Positions 27,130 through 37,753 of a stretch of DNA of 64,000 nucleotides are shown here, piece by piece (position 1 is the first letter of the stretch; each line of letters starts with the position of its first letter). The position numbers and the translations under genes are program-made. Below the pieces are notes generated by a model, which ran no database searches, was not told the origin of the DNA, and worked only from the letters and a program-made list of their open reading frames with translations. Source of the stretch: a virus; the IMG/VR virus record IMGVR_UViG_3300022925_000005, one strand, 5' to 3'.

Positions 27130-28053
27130 TTATAGTGATACTAACATATCCAATAGTTCCTGTTGTGGGAACATATCGAACTTATCTTTACGAGTGTTAG
27201 TGTGAGTCCATACACCTTTTACTCTACCATAGTATGCATCTTCGTTAAATTCAAATGCATCAGCACCATGTTGTTTAACCAATGCAGGTAAACCAGCTGA
27301 GATATCGATGTTATCTCGTTCAGCGATGAATTTTAACCACTTTTCTAATGCTTCTATTTGTTTGTTGGAATATCTATGCCAAGTAGAGTGTCCTCTAAAT
27401 GGTTTTGCTAAAGTTACGATTTGTGATTCTTCAACAGCAGCACCAGCATAAGTTTTTCCATCTTTCACATATCCAAAGTTACACACCTCCATACCAATAG
27501 AGTTTACGTGCATCTTTTGTGAACCATTCTTACCTAAGTGGTATCCCCAGTTTCCAGCAGGGAATGCTTGAACTACTTCGCCATCGAACTTATCATCATT
27601 TCCTTTTACTGATGGTCCACCCATTACGAATTCAGTTGCGATTGCACCATTCTTATCAGCATCCCATTGTTTGATACAATTGTATGGGTTGTGCCATCCA
27701 GCAGTATGGTGGATAAATACCCACTCTGCGTTGATAGGACCTTTTTTGTATTCATCATCCGGCATAAAGTATTCAATGATTTCCAAACCATTTGATGTTG
27801 TGTAAGGTTTCTTAGTATAAAGTCCTTTTGCATCTTCAGGGTTTGCACCACCAGCACCATTATCAGTATCCAACAATTCCATTTTGGCGAGTGTTCCTCT
27901 ACCAACTAAACCATCAGCATCTAAACCATTTGCGGCTTGCCATTTCTTTACTGCTTCAGCAGTACCTTTTCCAAAAATTCCATCGGCACCAACACCAACG
28001 ACTTCCTGTACATCTTTTACGAGTTCTCCTCTTGAACCAATTTTTAGTAGCAT
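27130..28053 (-). CDS. Endolysin: peptidoglycan-binding domain plus N-acetylmuramoyl-L-alanine amidase
   Basis: DGIFG..T..AV..WQ...GL.ADG+VG..T peptidoglycan-binding motif; HHTAG, SIG.E, HTN.RKDK.D amidase Zn motifs. Confidence 0.9.
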   Translation of the reverse strand: MLLKIGSRGELVKDVQEVVGVGADGIFGKGTAEAVKKWQAANGLDADGLVGRGTLAKMELLDTDNGAGGANPEDAKGLYTKKPYTTSNGLEIIEYFMPDDEYKKGPINAEWVFIHHTAGWHNPYNCIKQWDADKNGAIATEFVMGGPSVKGNDDKFDGEVVQAFPAGNWGYHLGKNGSQKMHVNSIGMEVCNFGYVKDGKTYAGAAVEESQIVTLAKPFRGHSTWHRYSNKQIEALEKWLKFIAERDNIDISAGLPALVKQHGADAFEFNEDAYYGRVKGVWTHTNTRKDKFDMFPQQELLDMLVSL

Positions 28054-28062
28054 ATTTATTTT

Positions 28063-28464
28063 TTATTTTTGATTGAATTCTATAACCTCGTAGATACGAG
28101 TCTGAATTCTCTTCGTACCTTCTGTATTAGTAAGTATAATTGAGTTTCTAAATTTTGGCCAATCTATCACAAATGATTTATCCAATACACCACCATTTTC
28201 TTCTTTCACCAATTGATTTAGTGCGTTGATTGTGTATAGGGTATTTGATTCTTTCTTACGATGGATTAATATTGTATCTCTTAATGGTTGTGTTGGCCGA
28301 TACTCTGTATTGATATTGTAAGTTATATACAGTTCATCCAAATCAGTCTTATTTTGTAGTATATAGATATAGTTATACACTATCACATAAGTTTCTCTAA
28401 TTTCTTGTAGAACCTGCTGTAATTCAGACTTTGTTGTAAATGTACACAGTAGTTGTGTTTTCAT
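28063..28464 (-). CDS. Conserved hypothetical protein
   Basis: 133 aa; QLLCTF and HRKKESNTLYTINALN motifs. Confidence 0.7.
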   Translation of the reverse strand: MKTQLLCTFTTKSELQQVLQEIRETYVIVYNYIYILQNKTDLDELYITYNINTEYRPTQPLRDTILIHRKKESNTLYTINALNQLVKEENGGVLDKSFVIDWPKFRNSIILTNTEGTKRIQTRIYEVIEFNQK

Positions 28465-28548
28465 ATATTCATTTCTCTATATTGAGAATTCCCTTTGTTA
28501 GGTATAAATATAAACCAACACACCAAAAGGGTAATATTTAATTAAGTA

Positions 28549-30753
28549 TTATTTGATTTCACCTACCTGCGAATTACCGAATTTCTCTTTTAGTTCCGAA
28601 CCAATATATGATACCTGTGCCCCACCACCACTTCGTCCAGCAGTTCTATACATTCTAAAGTTAATATACCACTCATCTCTATCAGTTGTACCAGCAACAG
28701 TTGTATTCTTTAATGTACCATTATCATAGTATTGTTTATTGTGAGTTACCCCCTCATATCCATTAGAAGTTACGATTTGATTTGCCAATGATAATCCACT
28801 TATAAAATGAGCTGCCCCAAAGTCGTACTTACTAGCAACTCTACCATTTCTAGAACCTATAAGTTTGGAGAATTTTTCAACAGACACTAAATCCTTTAGT
28901 TTACTATTTAATTCTACCAAAGATGGGTCTTTTAAAATATCTTTTTGTAATTTAGCCCATCCAACTTTATCCATCTTACCATCTTTCTCATACTGAGCTT
29001 TAAGTTGATTGATTCTTTCTTTGGATTCATAAACGATATTTGAAATTTCATCCAATTCAATATCATTAAATATACCCTGTACATCGGGCATCTCATCAAT
29101 CATAGATTTTATGGATTTCTTAGTAGTTTCTTTATCAGATACTAAATTATCATTAACCGCTAATGTGTATCCACCTTCACCAATATATTGGCCCTGTCTA
29201 TCTCTTTTGTTTATATCTGGATGTAGGGTTTGTAATGCTTTCGAATTTGCAGGACAACCATATACATCTCCATTCTTACCATATTTTACCGAAACAAACG
29301 ATACTCGTTCAGTACCACCGGCTCCGTTTTGGAATACCAACTTATCACCAGCAGGGAATGAACCATCGCCAGGTAGATAAGCTTCATCACCTTTAGCAAT
29401 CTCAGAATCATACAATCTCATTTCTGCAAATTGCTTCAACATACGAGATGCAAGGTCTTGATTTTGTTTCATCAACTCATCAAACATTTTAGCGTATGAT
29501 AAATCAACTGCATTTGCAGCTGCTTCGGATGGTATCTCCATATTATTCAATACATCACTCATTCTTTGTTTATGAGCTTTTACCGAATTTGCCAATTCTT
29601 CTGAAATCTTACCGTCAGATGCATATTTCTCTAAAACATTAATAGTATTATCAACCGAAATATTGTTATCAATTGAGAATTTTAAATACTCCTTTGAATG
29701 TTGTGATGATGGTGTCAATAAGTTACCATTATCATCCGTAGGTCCGAAAACACTTTTGAATTTCGTAGTATCAATCCTATCCAATGGTGGTGTTTTAAAC
29801 AACTTCTCAACATTGATATCAGCCACCTCATCGGTAAATCCTTTTGATGTTTTCTTATATAATGAACGAATATTCTTAGAACCTAAATCAGGCTTAGCTG
29901 CCGCTTCAATCTCAATTGACATTTTATTATCATCTTCAGGCAACTCCATATATTCTGCAATTTTGTTAATTGCTGAGATAGCTCCTTTTGTACCATCTCC
30001 TAAGATTTTATACAATCCACCACCATGCTTTCTCATATCATCTAAATACAATTTTTTTCTATTAGATGATACCGATATATTCATATCAGATATTGTGTTT
30101 ACTATATCTTCTTTTGATTTTGATGTATCGAAAATTACCGAAAGTTTTTCAATTAATTGATTTGCCTCAGCTTTAGCTTGAGAACTCATTGATGATTTTT
30201 CAACTCTAGATTTAAAACCATCTATTGTTTGTGCATCACCTTCACTAAAATTTGATTTAGGTAAATTTGTTGGAACTTCACCATCATTATCTATGTAACC
30301 AGCTTTAACTGCCGCTTGGTATGCCGCATCATCTTTTCCTAAACTCTTTATATAGGATAATCCATCTGGAGTTGATGCATCAAATGTAGATGGTTTTTGT
30401 TCTTCTTCGGATTCAGTACCATCATCCTTAACCAATGAATACTTACCAGAATCGGATTTTTTAAATTTATCACCACTAAATCCATCTGGGTTTGATTGCC
30501 ATCTTGTATAATCAGATTTTTTTACATACATCGGTGGTTGTCCACCAATACCAGAATATTTATCATCTTCGGTACTACCATCGGCCTCCAATAGATTTTG
30601 AATTAATTCATTTTTGATTTCACTTAATCCCCAATCATCCAATATTTCAGATATCAGAGTAATATGAGTAGATTTAGTTAATATCGGATATCCCTCATCT
30701 GAGCGATAAGATAATTCTGATATTAATTCGTTGATAAATTCCGTTTTATTCAT
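28549..30753 (-). CDS. Large hypothetical protein, possible head-packaged protein with a PD-(D/E)XK-like C-terminal region
   Basis: 734-aa ORF preceded by the ATATTTATA motif; function is inferred only. Confidence 0.55.
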   Translation of the reverse strand: MNKTEFINELISELSYRSDEGYPILTKSTHITLISEILDDWGLSEIKNELIQNLLEADGSTEDDKYSGIGGQPPMYVKKSDYTRWQSNPDGFSGDKFKKSDSGKYSLVKDDGTESEEEQKPSTFDASTPDGLSYIKSLGKDDAAYQAAVKAGYIDNDGEVPTNLPKSNFSEGDAQTIDGFKSRVEKSSMSSQAKAEANQLIEKLSVIFDTSKSKEDIVNTISDMNISVSSNRKKLYLDDMRKHGGGLYKILGDGTKGAISAINKIAEYMELPEDDNKMSIEIEAAAKPDLGSKNIRSLYKKTSKGFTDEVADINVEKLFKTPPLDRIDTTKFKSVFGPTDDNGNLLTPSSQHSKEYLKFSIDNNISVDNTINVLEKYASDGKISEELANSVKAHKQRMSDVLNNMEIPSEAAANAVDLSYAKMFDELMKQNQDLASRMLKQFAEMRLYDSEIAKGDEAYLPGDGSFPAGDKLVFQNGAGGTERVSFVSVKYGKNGDVYGCPANSKALQTLHPDINKRDRQGQYIGEGGYTLAVNDNLVSDKETTKKSIKSMIDEMPDVQGIFNDIELDEISNIVYESKERINQLKAQYEKDGKMDKVGWAKLQKDILKDPSLVELNSKLKDLVSVEKFSKLIGSRNGRVASKYDFGAAHFISGLSLANQIVTSNGYEGVTHNKQYYDNGTLKNTTVAGTTDRDEWYINFRMYRTAGRSGGGAQVSYIGSELKEKFGNSQVGEIK

Positions 30754-30788
30754 AATGTGGTGTTTTCAATCTCTATATCTTATAAATA

Positions 30789-32057
30789 TTAAAGTTTTCC
30801 ATAATCCGTTCCCCAATCAGCTTTAATAGGAAATCCAAAAGATTCTATAATTTCCTTCAACTTTCTTGCATCTTCTTTAGGTGTATCTAATGGATAACTA
30901 AATAAAAATGAATCATAGGTGTATAAGGTTAGCTCAATTTTCGTTTGTTTAATAAACTCAACAACCCTCCTCATTACTCCCATATTCAACTCAGTTTCAG
31001 TCGCTTGTAGTAAATAGTTGAATAACTTCTGCGGATTCACTCCTTCTATCGAGCTCAGAGGTATTCTCCTATGTTGTGTTTGAAGATATCCCACTTCAGT
31101 ACTCTTACTCCACAATTTATCAATAAACTCTCTAACACCCTTATAATAAGGTATTTCATCGAACTCCTCAGGTATCCCACCATATAGTAATTGAAAGGTG
31201 ATTCCCTTTGATTCTTCATATGGAACTCCGTATTGGTCCGCTAACCATTGGTGAACCGAAGTTTTCGGTAATTCATAACCTATCAACTTACCAATGATAC
31301 GTGGGTGATATGCATCATAATCCATTTGTAGGAATATACTATTCTCCTTTGGTACAAACACATCTCTCGTACCATCTTTTTTATTCAAAGCCGAAAAGTT
31401 GATTCCACCAAATCGGTTGGATGGACGGGATGTAATAGTGTATGGGTTGTATTCGGTGTAAAGGGTTGTATCTTTTAAGTGTTTAGTAGCTTGAGGCCAT
31501 CTATCAAGAAATTTTTCCTCTTCGACCCGAACCCCATATCGTTCAATATCTGAGAGTAAGGGAATTACATCGTTATTAATCCAAGAAGGAGATGGAGTAG
31601 GGAGAGAAAGAGAATCAACAAAGGATGTAAGATATTCACCCCATTTCATAAGAGGTGCTATCTTTCCCAAATTTTCTCTTATACCCAAACGATTGTAATG
31701 TGAGATAAATGATTGTTCTTCGGGTTTGAAATCCAACAAACGATTCTCCTCAAAGAACGTATGTGTGGATATATCAAATAAATTTTGGATGTTGGTATCC
31801 ATCTGCATTAAACCTTTCTTATTCCATACCCATTTTGGTTGTGTGGAGGTTGAGAGGTCTAAATGATGGGATTTCCCATCAATATGGTTATATATGAGAA
31901 TAAAGGTGGTTTTACCCATCACCACAAATAAGAACGAAAGCTCGTTATTCATTGGATGCTTCTCCAAATCATTCCAGACAGGAATTATTGTAGATGGAGT
32001 TGATTCCCACATTTGTAGGAACTCATTTATTTCGCTTTGAGATTCAACTATAACCAT
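30789..32057 (-). CDS. Minimal family A DNA polymerase-like protein
   Basis: T.R.S..N, motif A DYDAYHPR, motif B K...FQLLYG, NY.+Q..E, motif C YDS; likely start ATG 32057 (the track starts at 32072). Confidence 0.8.
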   Translation of the reverse strand: MVIVESQSEINEFLQMWESTPSTIIPVWNDLEKHPMNNELSFLFVVMGKTTFILIYNHIDGKSHHLDLSTSTQPKWVWNKKGLMQMDTNIQNLFDISTHTFFEENRLLDFKPEEQSFISHYNRLGIRENLGKIAPLMKWGEYLTSFVDSLSLPTPSPSWINNDVIPLLSDIERYGVRVEEEKFLDRWPQATKHLKDTTLYTEYNPYTITSRPSNRFGGINFSALNKKDGTRDVFVPKENSIFLQMDYDAYHPRIIGKLIGYELPKTSVHQWLADQYGVPYEESKGITFQLLYGGIPEEFDEIPYYKGVREFIDKLWSKSTEVGYLQTQHRRIPLSSIEGVNPQKLFNYLLQATETELNMGVMRRVVEFIKQTKIELTLYTYDSFLFSYPLDTPKEDARKLKEIIESFGFPIKADWGTDYGKL

Positions 32058-32061
32058 TTTA

Positions 32062-32093
32062 CAAATATACAAAAAATTATTGGATTATCCCAA
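32062..32093 (-). promoter_or_regulatory. Bacteroidota sigma-A type promoter (variant -33)
   Basis: TATATTTG 4 nt before the PolA-like ATG; -33 element TTGG. Confidence 0.6.
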
Positions 32094-33041
32094 TGTTTTA
32101 GAAGTATTTTTTACTTTACTAAGATATTCACTAAATCTCTGTCTATGTAAATCAGTTACATCATCATTTTCATTACCATCAATTGGAGTTGGGTAAACAT
32201 TGGATTGAAATCCATCAGTTCTGTAATATTCCACATCATCTCGTATTCTGAGTATGTTGTTCCACAATGTATCTTCGCCATTACCCTCTCTATCAGTTAC
32301 TCTACCATTATTATGGATTCTAGCATATGTTAATGTCTTTTTTATCGAAGTATGTGATAACCCCAAATAATCCATAATACCCATAGCTTCCAAATCATCT
32401 ACAAAGTTAGATGTTACTTCCAACTTATCAACAACCTTTAATAAAGATGATACTCTCATCACATAGGTATGATATACACACATATGATTAGCCTTAGAAC
32501 AATGAATTATTGAACTATGGAATTGTGGTTCATCATAATGATTGTGTTTAAATCTCCAAGGTAGGTTATATGGGTGTTCATGTAGGTAACCTTCCCAAAT
32601 ATCAACTGTCTTTGGTGCTTCAATAGGTGTTTGGGTTGTAATCTTACTTTGTAACGAACCATCCTCAAAGAAAGTAGCTGAACCATAACTAAAGTCCAAC
32701 TTTGGGTTGTTACTATAAGTACGAACTATATACTCAATTGAAGTTTCCGCCAATAAATCATCATCATCCAATCGTACAATCAGTTCCCCCTTAGATAACT
32801 TAGGTGAAATACTCCAAGAATCCTTAAACATATCATATGGAGTTGCTGATGTAAGGTAAACTATACGTTTTGTTGGGTTGTTTGATTTGAAGGTGTTGTA
32901 GATTCTAAAGTTTTCATCAGAGCCACTATCATCAAATAGAATAACTTCCCAATTATCATAAGTTTGTAATTGGATGGAAGCTAATGCCTCTTTTAAAAAA
33001 TCAGGTCTTTTGAACGTTCGTACAACTATTGTAACTTTCAT
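32085..33041 (-). CDS. Glycosyltransferase family 2
   Basis: +VRTF.RP..L..A+.SI..QTY.NWE+I+.DD.., RLDDDD. Confidence 0.88.
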   Translation of the reverse strand: MKVTIVVRTFKRPDFLKEALASIQLQTYDNWEVILFDDSGSDENFRIYNTFKSNNPTKRIVYLTSATPYDMFKDSWSISPKLSKGELIVRLDDDDLLAETSIEYIVRTYSNNPKLDFSYGSATFFEDGSLQSKITTQTPIEAPKTVDIWEGYLHEHPYNLPWRFKHNHYDEPQFHSSIIHCSKANHMCVYHTYVMRVSSLLKVVDKLEVTSNFVDDLEAMGIMDYLGLSHTSIKKTLTYARIHNNGRVTDREGNGEDTLWNNILRIRDDVEYYRTDGFQSNVYPTPIDGNENDDVTDLHRQRFSEYLSKVKNTSKTLG

Positions 33042-33060
33042 CTATTTGTGAGTTTGAGAA

Positions 33061-33091
33061 CAAATATACGAAAAATATTTTGATTTACAAA
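33061..33091 (-). promoter_or_regulatory. Bacteroidota sigma-A type promoter
   Basis: TTTG-N19-TATATTTG upstream of the GT2 gene. Confidence 0.8.
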
Positions 33092-33092
33092 A

Positions 33093-33449
33093 TTATTTTT
33101 TGTGGAATTGTAAAAGATTTGGTAAATATAATCCAATCTTAGGAATATCCTTTGATGCTAATTTAATTGATGCTGAGTTGGATTTTCTAATTTCATCCGG
33201 CTTCCCAGTTATTCTCCAATCCAAAACTGCCAACGTATAATAAACTTTGTTTTCAACTTTAGATGCGAAGTTTGACTTAATCTCATATATAGGTGCGCTT
33301 GAATCGTTTACCTTTTGTATAAAAAACCTAGTTATATACCCAGATAAATAATCACTATCGATGGGTTTTGGAATATATGTTATTATCTTTAACCTTTCCA
33401 ATCCAGATGGTAATTTCTTAATATTATTATAATTATCCTTACTTATCAT
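33093..33449 (-). CDS. Hypothetical protein (baseplate module)
   Basis: P.P...DY..GYI.R+F, W.I.G motif; last gene of the baseplate cluster. Confidence 0.6.
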   Translation of the reverse strand: MISKDNYNNIKKLPSGLERLKIITYIPKPIDSDYLSGYITRFFIQKVNDSSAPIYEIKSNFASKVENKVYYTLAVLDWRITGKPDEIRKSNSASIKLASKDIPKIGLYLPNLLQFHKK

Positions 33450-33468
33450 AATTTAAAAATATTATAGT

Positions 33469-35685
33469 TTAGTTATTGGAAGGTCTAAATCCGCCCGTTA
33501 TTTCGGTTGTCCATTGCATACCATCAATCACATGCTTAACTGATAAGGTTTGGAAAAATGAACCCGGTCTTTCATACATATATGGTAATCCATTAATTTT
33601 AAACATATCACCACGTCTTATACCACTAATACCATGTATTTTAAATGTAAATTTTATTGGCATCAATGCACCAGCACCAGCAATGTTACCCAATTCCTTT
33701 TTCTTTATTTTTGAAAAAGTTTCAACATCTTTATAAGCACCTACATAACATATATCATATAGTGGCTTTTCCTTAACCTCGGATGCATCTTTATAATTTA
33801 CAAATGGGTATAAAAATAGCTTACCCAATAAAACATCCAATGCCTCTTGCTTTTTAGCATCGGCCGATTCCGTTGTAGTGTTTTGTAATTTAATTTGAGC
33901 AGGTGTTAACTTATCCATTATACTTAGAACCATATCGGTTTTACCAGAAAATAGTGTAGAAGGTACATTCTTACCTTGTCCATTTAAACTTGTACTTAAT
34001 CGTTGTCCAATTATCTGGTCCATCTTAGCGGCTGATATTCCTAAATCCAATGATGAATCGATAATTATCGATTGTTCACCAATAGTATTCAAATTTAACT
34101 TAATTCCGTTTGGTGCTGCTGATACAAAACTTAAGTCTACAACGGATAACTCAGATATACCATCTTCAATTTGTCTTTCTACTATTTGGAAATCCCATAA
34201 ACCATTTACAGCAGATGACATCCCATTAAGTATTTGATAAAGTGCATCTTTTGTTGTATTATTTTTGGTTTCCAATATTCCCTTAACGAAATCAAAATTA
34301 ACATATAAATCATCAAGTTTACCCCAAAATTTAGCCTTTTGAGAAATTTTCTCACCAAGCTTACCAGTCTCATTTAATCCAGTTTGTTTTGGGAATTGAA
34401 TACCATTTAAACCTCTACTGTTATCCTGTATATCCTTTAAATCTAATCCAATACTTACATCACTTACTTTAAATTTAGGTGTATTTGGATTTGGAATAAA
34501 TAATACAGTTGGGTCTAAACTATACATATGGTCAAATGCCAAACAATATGTTTTTTCGGTATTTACTCTAAATTTTACAGTTTTACCATTCGATAGTTTA
34601 AATCCGTTTGAACCTAATGCAAAAAAGATATCCATCATTGCACCAAAACGTATAAATCTATTTTCGGATATTAGTTCAGTTCCACCAGGAAGTGCAACTT
34701 CAGTATCACCTACTTTTACTTTAGCTTTTTTAAGTCCAAACCAAGAACCATCAGTATCACCATTTATTTGTTCTGAAACATCTTCATCCCAATTGATAAA
34801 ATTCTCAACTTTACCCAAAGTGGATATTAACGATTGTACTCTGGGAGTTTTTCTACTATCAGGTAAATCGTTGAACATTCTCATAAATCGTTCCTTACCC
34901 AACTCACCGGCTTTACCAGCATCTTCTATTGAATTAGCTCCAAATGGCTCAGTTGGTTGAATCTTTACATTATCTAACTTCCCATCGATAGTTACCTCAT
35001 CTTCTGCGTTTTCAGTAGATATCATATAACCGGGTAATTCAGTAAATCCAGTTAGTTGTACACTTATTGTCCATTTATCACCATCTTGTGAAAGAGAACC
35101 ACCAGTTATGAAACCTAAATAATTATCATATTCTCCACCAGTATTTTCTCTTTTTTTGGTAGTTTCTACAAATGATTGAAACGATGAAACATAATCACCT
35201 GATAAGTTACTTTGCCAACCATTTACTGAATTTTGTGTATTCCATCCCCATTCTAAAAATACACTATAACCAGGTTCAAGAAAGTATTCCAATAACAATT
35301 CCATTTGTTCTTTAGTAAATGCGGTTATTGAAAAATTTGCTTTTCTTGATAAATTACCTTCACCCTCATCAATTTCAATTGATGATATTATTGGAGATGG
35401 TTTATACCCCTGCCCTTCACTTGCATAAACTGCACCACCACCCCAAGTTGTACCAATAATACCAGATACCTTATCATTACCATATATAGATGCTACATTA
35501 GTATCACCAGCCGCCTTGAATGTGGCTATATCCGGATTTGAATATAACATTAAACCACTACCCGCAGCAGATGCAACTCTAATCCAAGAGTTTAAAGATG
35601 AAACTTTTATAGGATTACCAGTTCTCTCAGTAATTCGAGATACTACATGGTTAGGAACTTGTGTAAAATTTGGAAATGATGACAT
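33469..35685 (-). CDS. Putative baseplate hub protein
   Basis: PG.S+FLEWGW, GISGI..G..F.I..LP, H.I....W.T.I features; follows the LysM gene and tape measure. Confidence 0.6.
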   Translation of the reverse strand: MSSFPNFTQVPNHVVSRITERTGNPIKVSSLNSWIRVASAAGSGLMLYSNPDIATFKAAGDTNVASIYGNDKVSGIIGTTWGGGAVYASEGQGYKPSPIISSIEIDEGEGNLSRKANFSITAFTKEQMELLLEYFLEPGYSVFLEWGWNTQNSVNGWQSNLSGDYVSSFQSFVETTKKRENTGGEYDNYLGFITGGSLSQDGDKWTISVQLTGFTELPGYMISTENAEDEVTIDGKLDNVKIQPTEPFGANSIEDAGKAGELGKERFMRMFNDLPDSRKTPRVQSLISTLGKVENFINWDEDVSEQINGDTDGSWFGLKKAKVKVGDTEVALPGGTELISENRFIRFGAMMDIFFALGSNGFKLSNGKTVKFRVNTEKTYCLAFDHMYSLDPTVLFIPNPNTPKFKVSDVSIGLDLKDIQDNSRGLNGIQFPKQTGLNETGKLGEKISQKAKFWGKLDDLYVNFDFVKGILETKNNTTKDALYQILNGMSSAVNGLWDFQIVERQIEDGISELSVVDLSFVSAAPNGIKLNLNTIGEQSIIIDSSLDLGISAAKMDQIIGQRLSTSLNGQGKNVPSTLFSGKTDMVLSIMDKLTPAQIKLQNTTTESADAKKQEALDVLLGKLFLYPFVNYKDASEVKEKPLYDICYVGAYKDVETFSKIKKKELGNIAGAGALMPIKFTFKIHGISGIRRGDMFKINGLPYMYERPGSFFQTLSVKHVIDGMQWTTEITGGFRPSNN

Positions 35686-35688
35686 AAC

Positions 35689-35979
35689 TTATTGATTGAA
35701 ATTTGACAGTATTTGTATGTAGTTTTGAGGGATTCTTAAAATAGTACCATCAGTTAATCCAAATGGTGCATTGTGTATATTATTAGCGGATGCTATAATC
35801 CACCAAAGTGATGCATCATTATAGTATTGATAAGCAAGTGTATCTAACCTATCACCAGTTTCAGTAGCAACATAGACATCATCATCTCTTAACGGAATCT
35901 GAGGATATATCTTTGAACGATATACTCGCCTCCCATCATTAGTGTTCTTTGTTTCGTTATATTTGTATCTACTAGCCAT
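35689..35979 (-). CDS. LysM/tail-X-like baseplate protein
   Basis: GDRLD.LA..YY.D..LWWIIA.AN...G..LRIP. Confidence 0.85.
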   Translation of the reverse strand: MASRYKYNETKNTNDGRRVYRSKIYPQIPLRDDDVYVATETGDRLDTLAYQYYNDASLWWIIASANNIHNAPFGLTDGTILRIPQNYIQILSNFNQ

Positions 35980-35985
35980 TTCTTA

Positions 35986-37749
35986 TTATGTTGTTGTTGA
36001 AAATGAATAGAATTTTTTAGTATTCCCTCTACTTTCCAAAAATTTGATGGTAACAGCTACATCAGCAACCATAGGCAATCTAAAATTCTTTTCATTGATT
36101 TCCCAAGGAGTAGTATCATCAAATGTATATGATAATGCATCTATAAATGTATATTTGTTTTTATACAAATCCCCCAATGTAAACTGAATGAATGGTGGCT
36201 TCACCGCTGAGTTACTATAATACCCCTGTGGATAAACTAACCCAGTTAAGAAGTTTAACTTTTCCCATGCAATTTTGTGTTCCTGTAAATTTAAAGAAAA
36301 TACTTTAAAATTAAAAGATACACTACGTTCGATACCAGTATAGGTATGATAACTAAATGGATTACCTGCAAATTTATTACTATCCCAAGATGGAGAAAGG
36401 GTTTCACTTAATCCACTTATAGTTGCTCTAAATTGAACAGTTTTACCAGATGCTATTGATTTGAATTTTAAAGGTGCTACATCGATATCATCGTTTTCAC
36501 TATTAACTGCTAAGTTATTAACACCATCTGATTTAGTATCAATTTTATATTTAGTAATTAAGGATTTACCAGCCTTATCAATCTCAGGCGATATTCTATT
36601 TCTATCGATAGTTAGTTCTATCTTATCAGAAAATTTCTGTGTTCCATTTTCACCAAATACAGCACTATTTTCTTCACCTTCATTAATTGCCTCATCAATC
36701 GTTTTGAAACCGGTCTTTTCAGTATCTTTAAGAGTACCATCGGTATTAACCGCATCTTCAATTGTGTTTCGTTTAAGTGTATTGAATACTTCACTATATA
36801 ATGGATATTCATATTCACCACCAGGCAATCCCATAATAGATGGTACTGTGAATCTACGTTTTACAACTTGTGGTGTTTTTGATGCCAATCCACCCTCTTC
36901 AGTTGCATCAATAAAGTTTAATTTTCCAGGTTCATCATCTTTGATGGTTAACCTAAATGTTTTTTCATACATCAATCCACCAACATCCTTTATACCAGTT
37001 TTAGGGTCGGTTTTAATTGTTACACCAACTGCGTTGTCCAAACTACCATAGTTTACAGTAATGTTTGAACCATCTTTGTTTAAGCCAGCCGTATTAAATC
37101 CCGTTTTAGAACGGTCTCCAAATAATTTACCTCTAATCTTATCTTTTGCTAAGTTAATTGCTCCACCAATAGCCTGCTTTCCAATAGTTTTTAGGTTTCC
37201 ACCAATACCACCTTTTAATAGTTCTGCTAATAACTTATCTGATGGACTTCCTTTAATATCAGCTAAAAGAATCATTCTATTTTGGGTTTCCCCCTTAGAT
37301 TTTATTCTCGTATCATTATATATTTTTGTTGGGATTATATTTGATGTGATTTTTAACGTATCATTTACGAAATTTCTAGCATCTGCAATTGCCCCACCAA
37401 TTAATCCACCATCACCTTCACTACCATTAGCAGCAGCTTTCATCACATCCAATAATGGTGTTGTTCTTAGTGTAAGTCTTGGTAAATCTGAACCATATAT
37501 AATTGGAATAGATAATCCTCTAATTATTCGAGCACCTACTACCTCTTGTTCCAAAAGAGTTTCACTTCCTCTTACACCTAATGTTTTTCTTAATAAATTT
37601 GCTGCAGCAAATCCAGTATTGTTTACCAAAGGGTCAGACGTTGAAATACGGATATCCTTTGAGTTCTGAATATCATAAGCCTCTTCAGCTGTTGTACCAT
37701 TCTGAGATGGTAATAATTTTGTTTTAAATAATTCTAATAATGTTGGCAT
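35986..37749 (-). CDS. Putative baseplate / tail-tube initiator protein
   Basis: C-terminal FRA.I.GLSE...P.W...Y...ERS+SF.F...P....T+GD tube-like domain; follows the tape measure. Confidence 0.6.
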   Translation of the reverse strand: MPTLLELFKTKLLPSQNGTTAEEAYDIQNSKDIRISTSDPLVNNTGFAAANLLRKTLGVRGSETLLEQEVVGARIIRGLSIPIIYGSDLPRLTLRTTPLLDVMKAAANGSEGDGGLIGGAIADARNFVNDTLKITSNIIPTKIYNDTRIKSKGETQNRMILLADIKGSPSDKLLAELLKGGIGGNLKTIGKQAIGGAINLAKDKIRGKLFGDRSKTGFNTAGLNKDGSNITVNYGSLDNAVGVTIKTDPKTGIKDVGGLMYEKTFRLTIKDDEPGKLNFIDATEEGGLASKTPQVVKRRFTVPSIMGLPGGEYEYPLYSEVFNTLKRNTIEDAVNTDGTLKDTEKTGFKTIDEAINEGEENSAVFGENGTQKFSDKIELTIDRNRISPEIDKAGKSLITKYKIDTKSDGVNNLAVNSENDDIDVAPLKFKSIASGKTVQFRATISGLSETLSPSWDSNKFAGNPFSYHTYTGIERSVSFNFKVFSLNLQEHKIAWEKLNFLTGLVYPQGYYSNSAVKPPFIQFTLGDLYKNKYTFIDALSYTFDDTTPWEINEKNFRLPMVADVAVTIKFLESRGNTKKFYSFSTTT

Positions 37750-37753
37750 ATTC

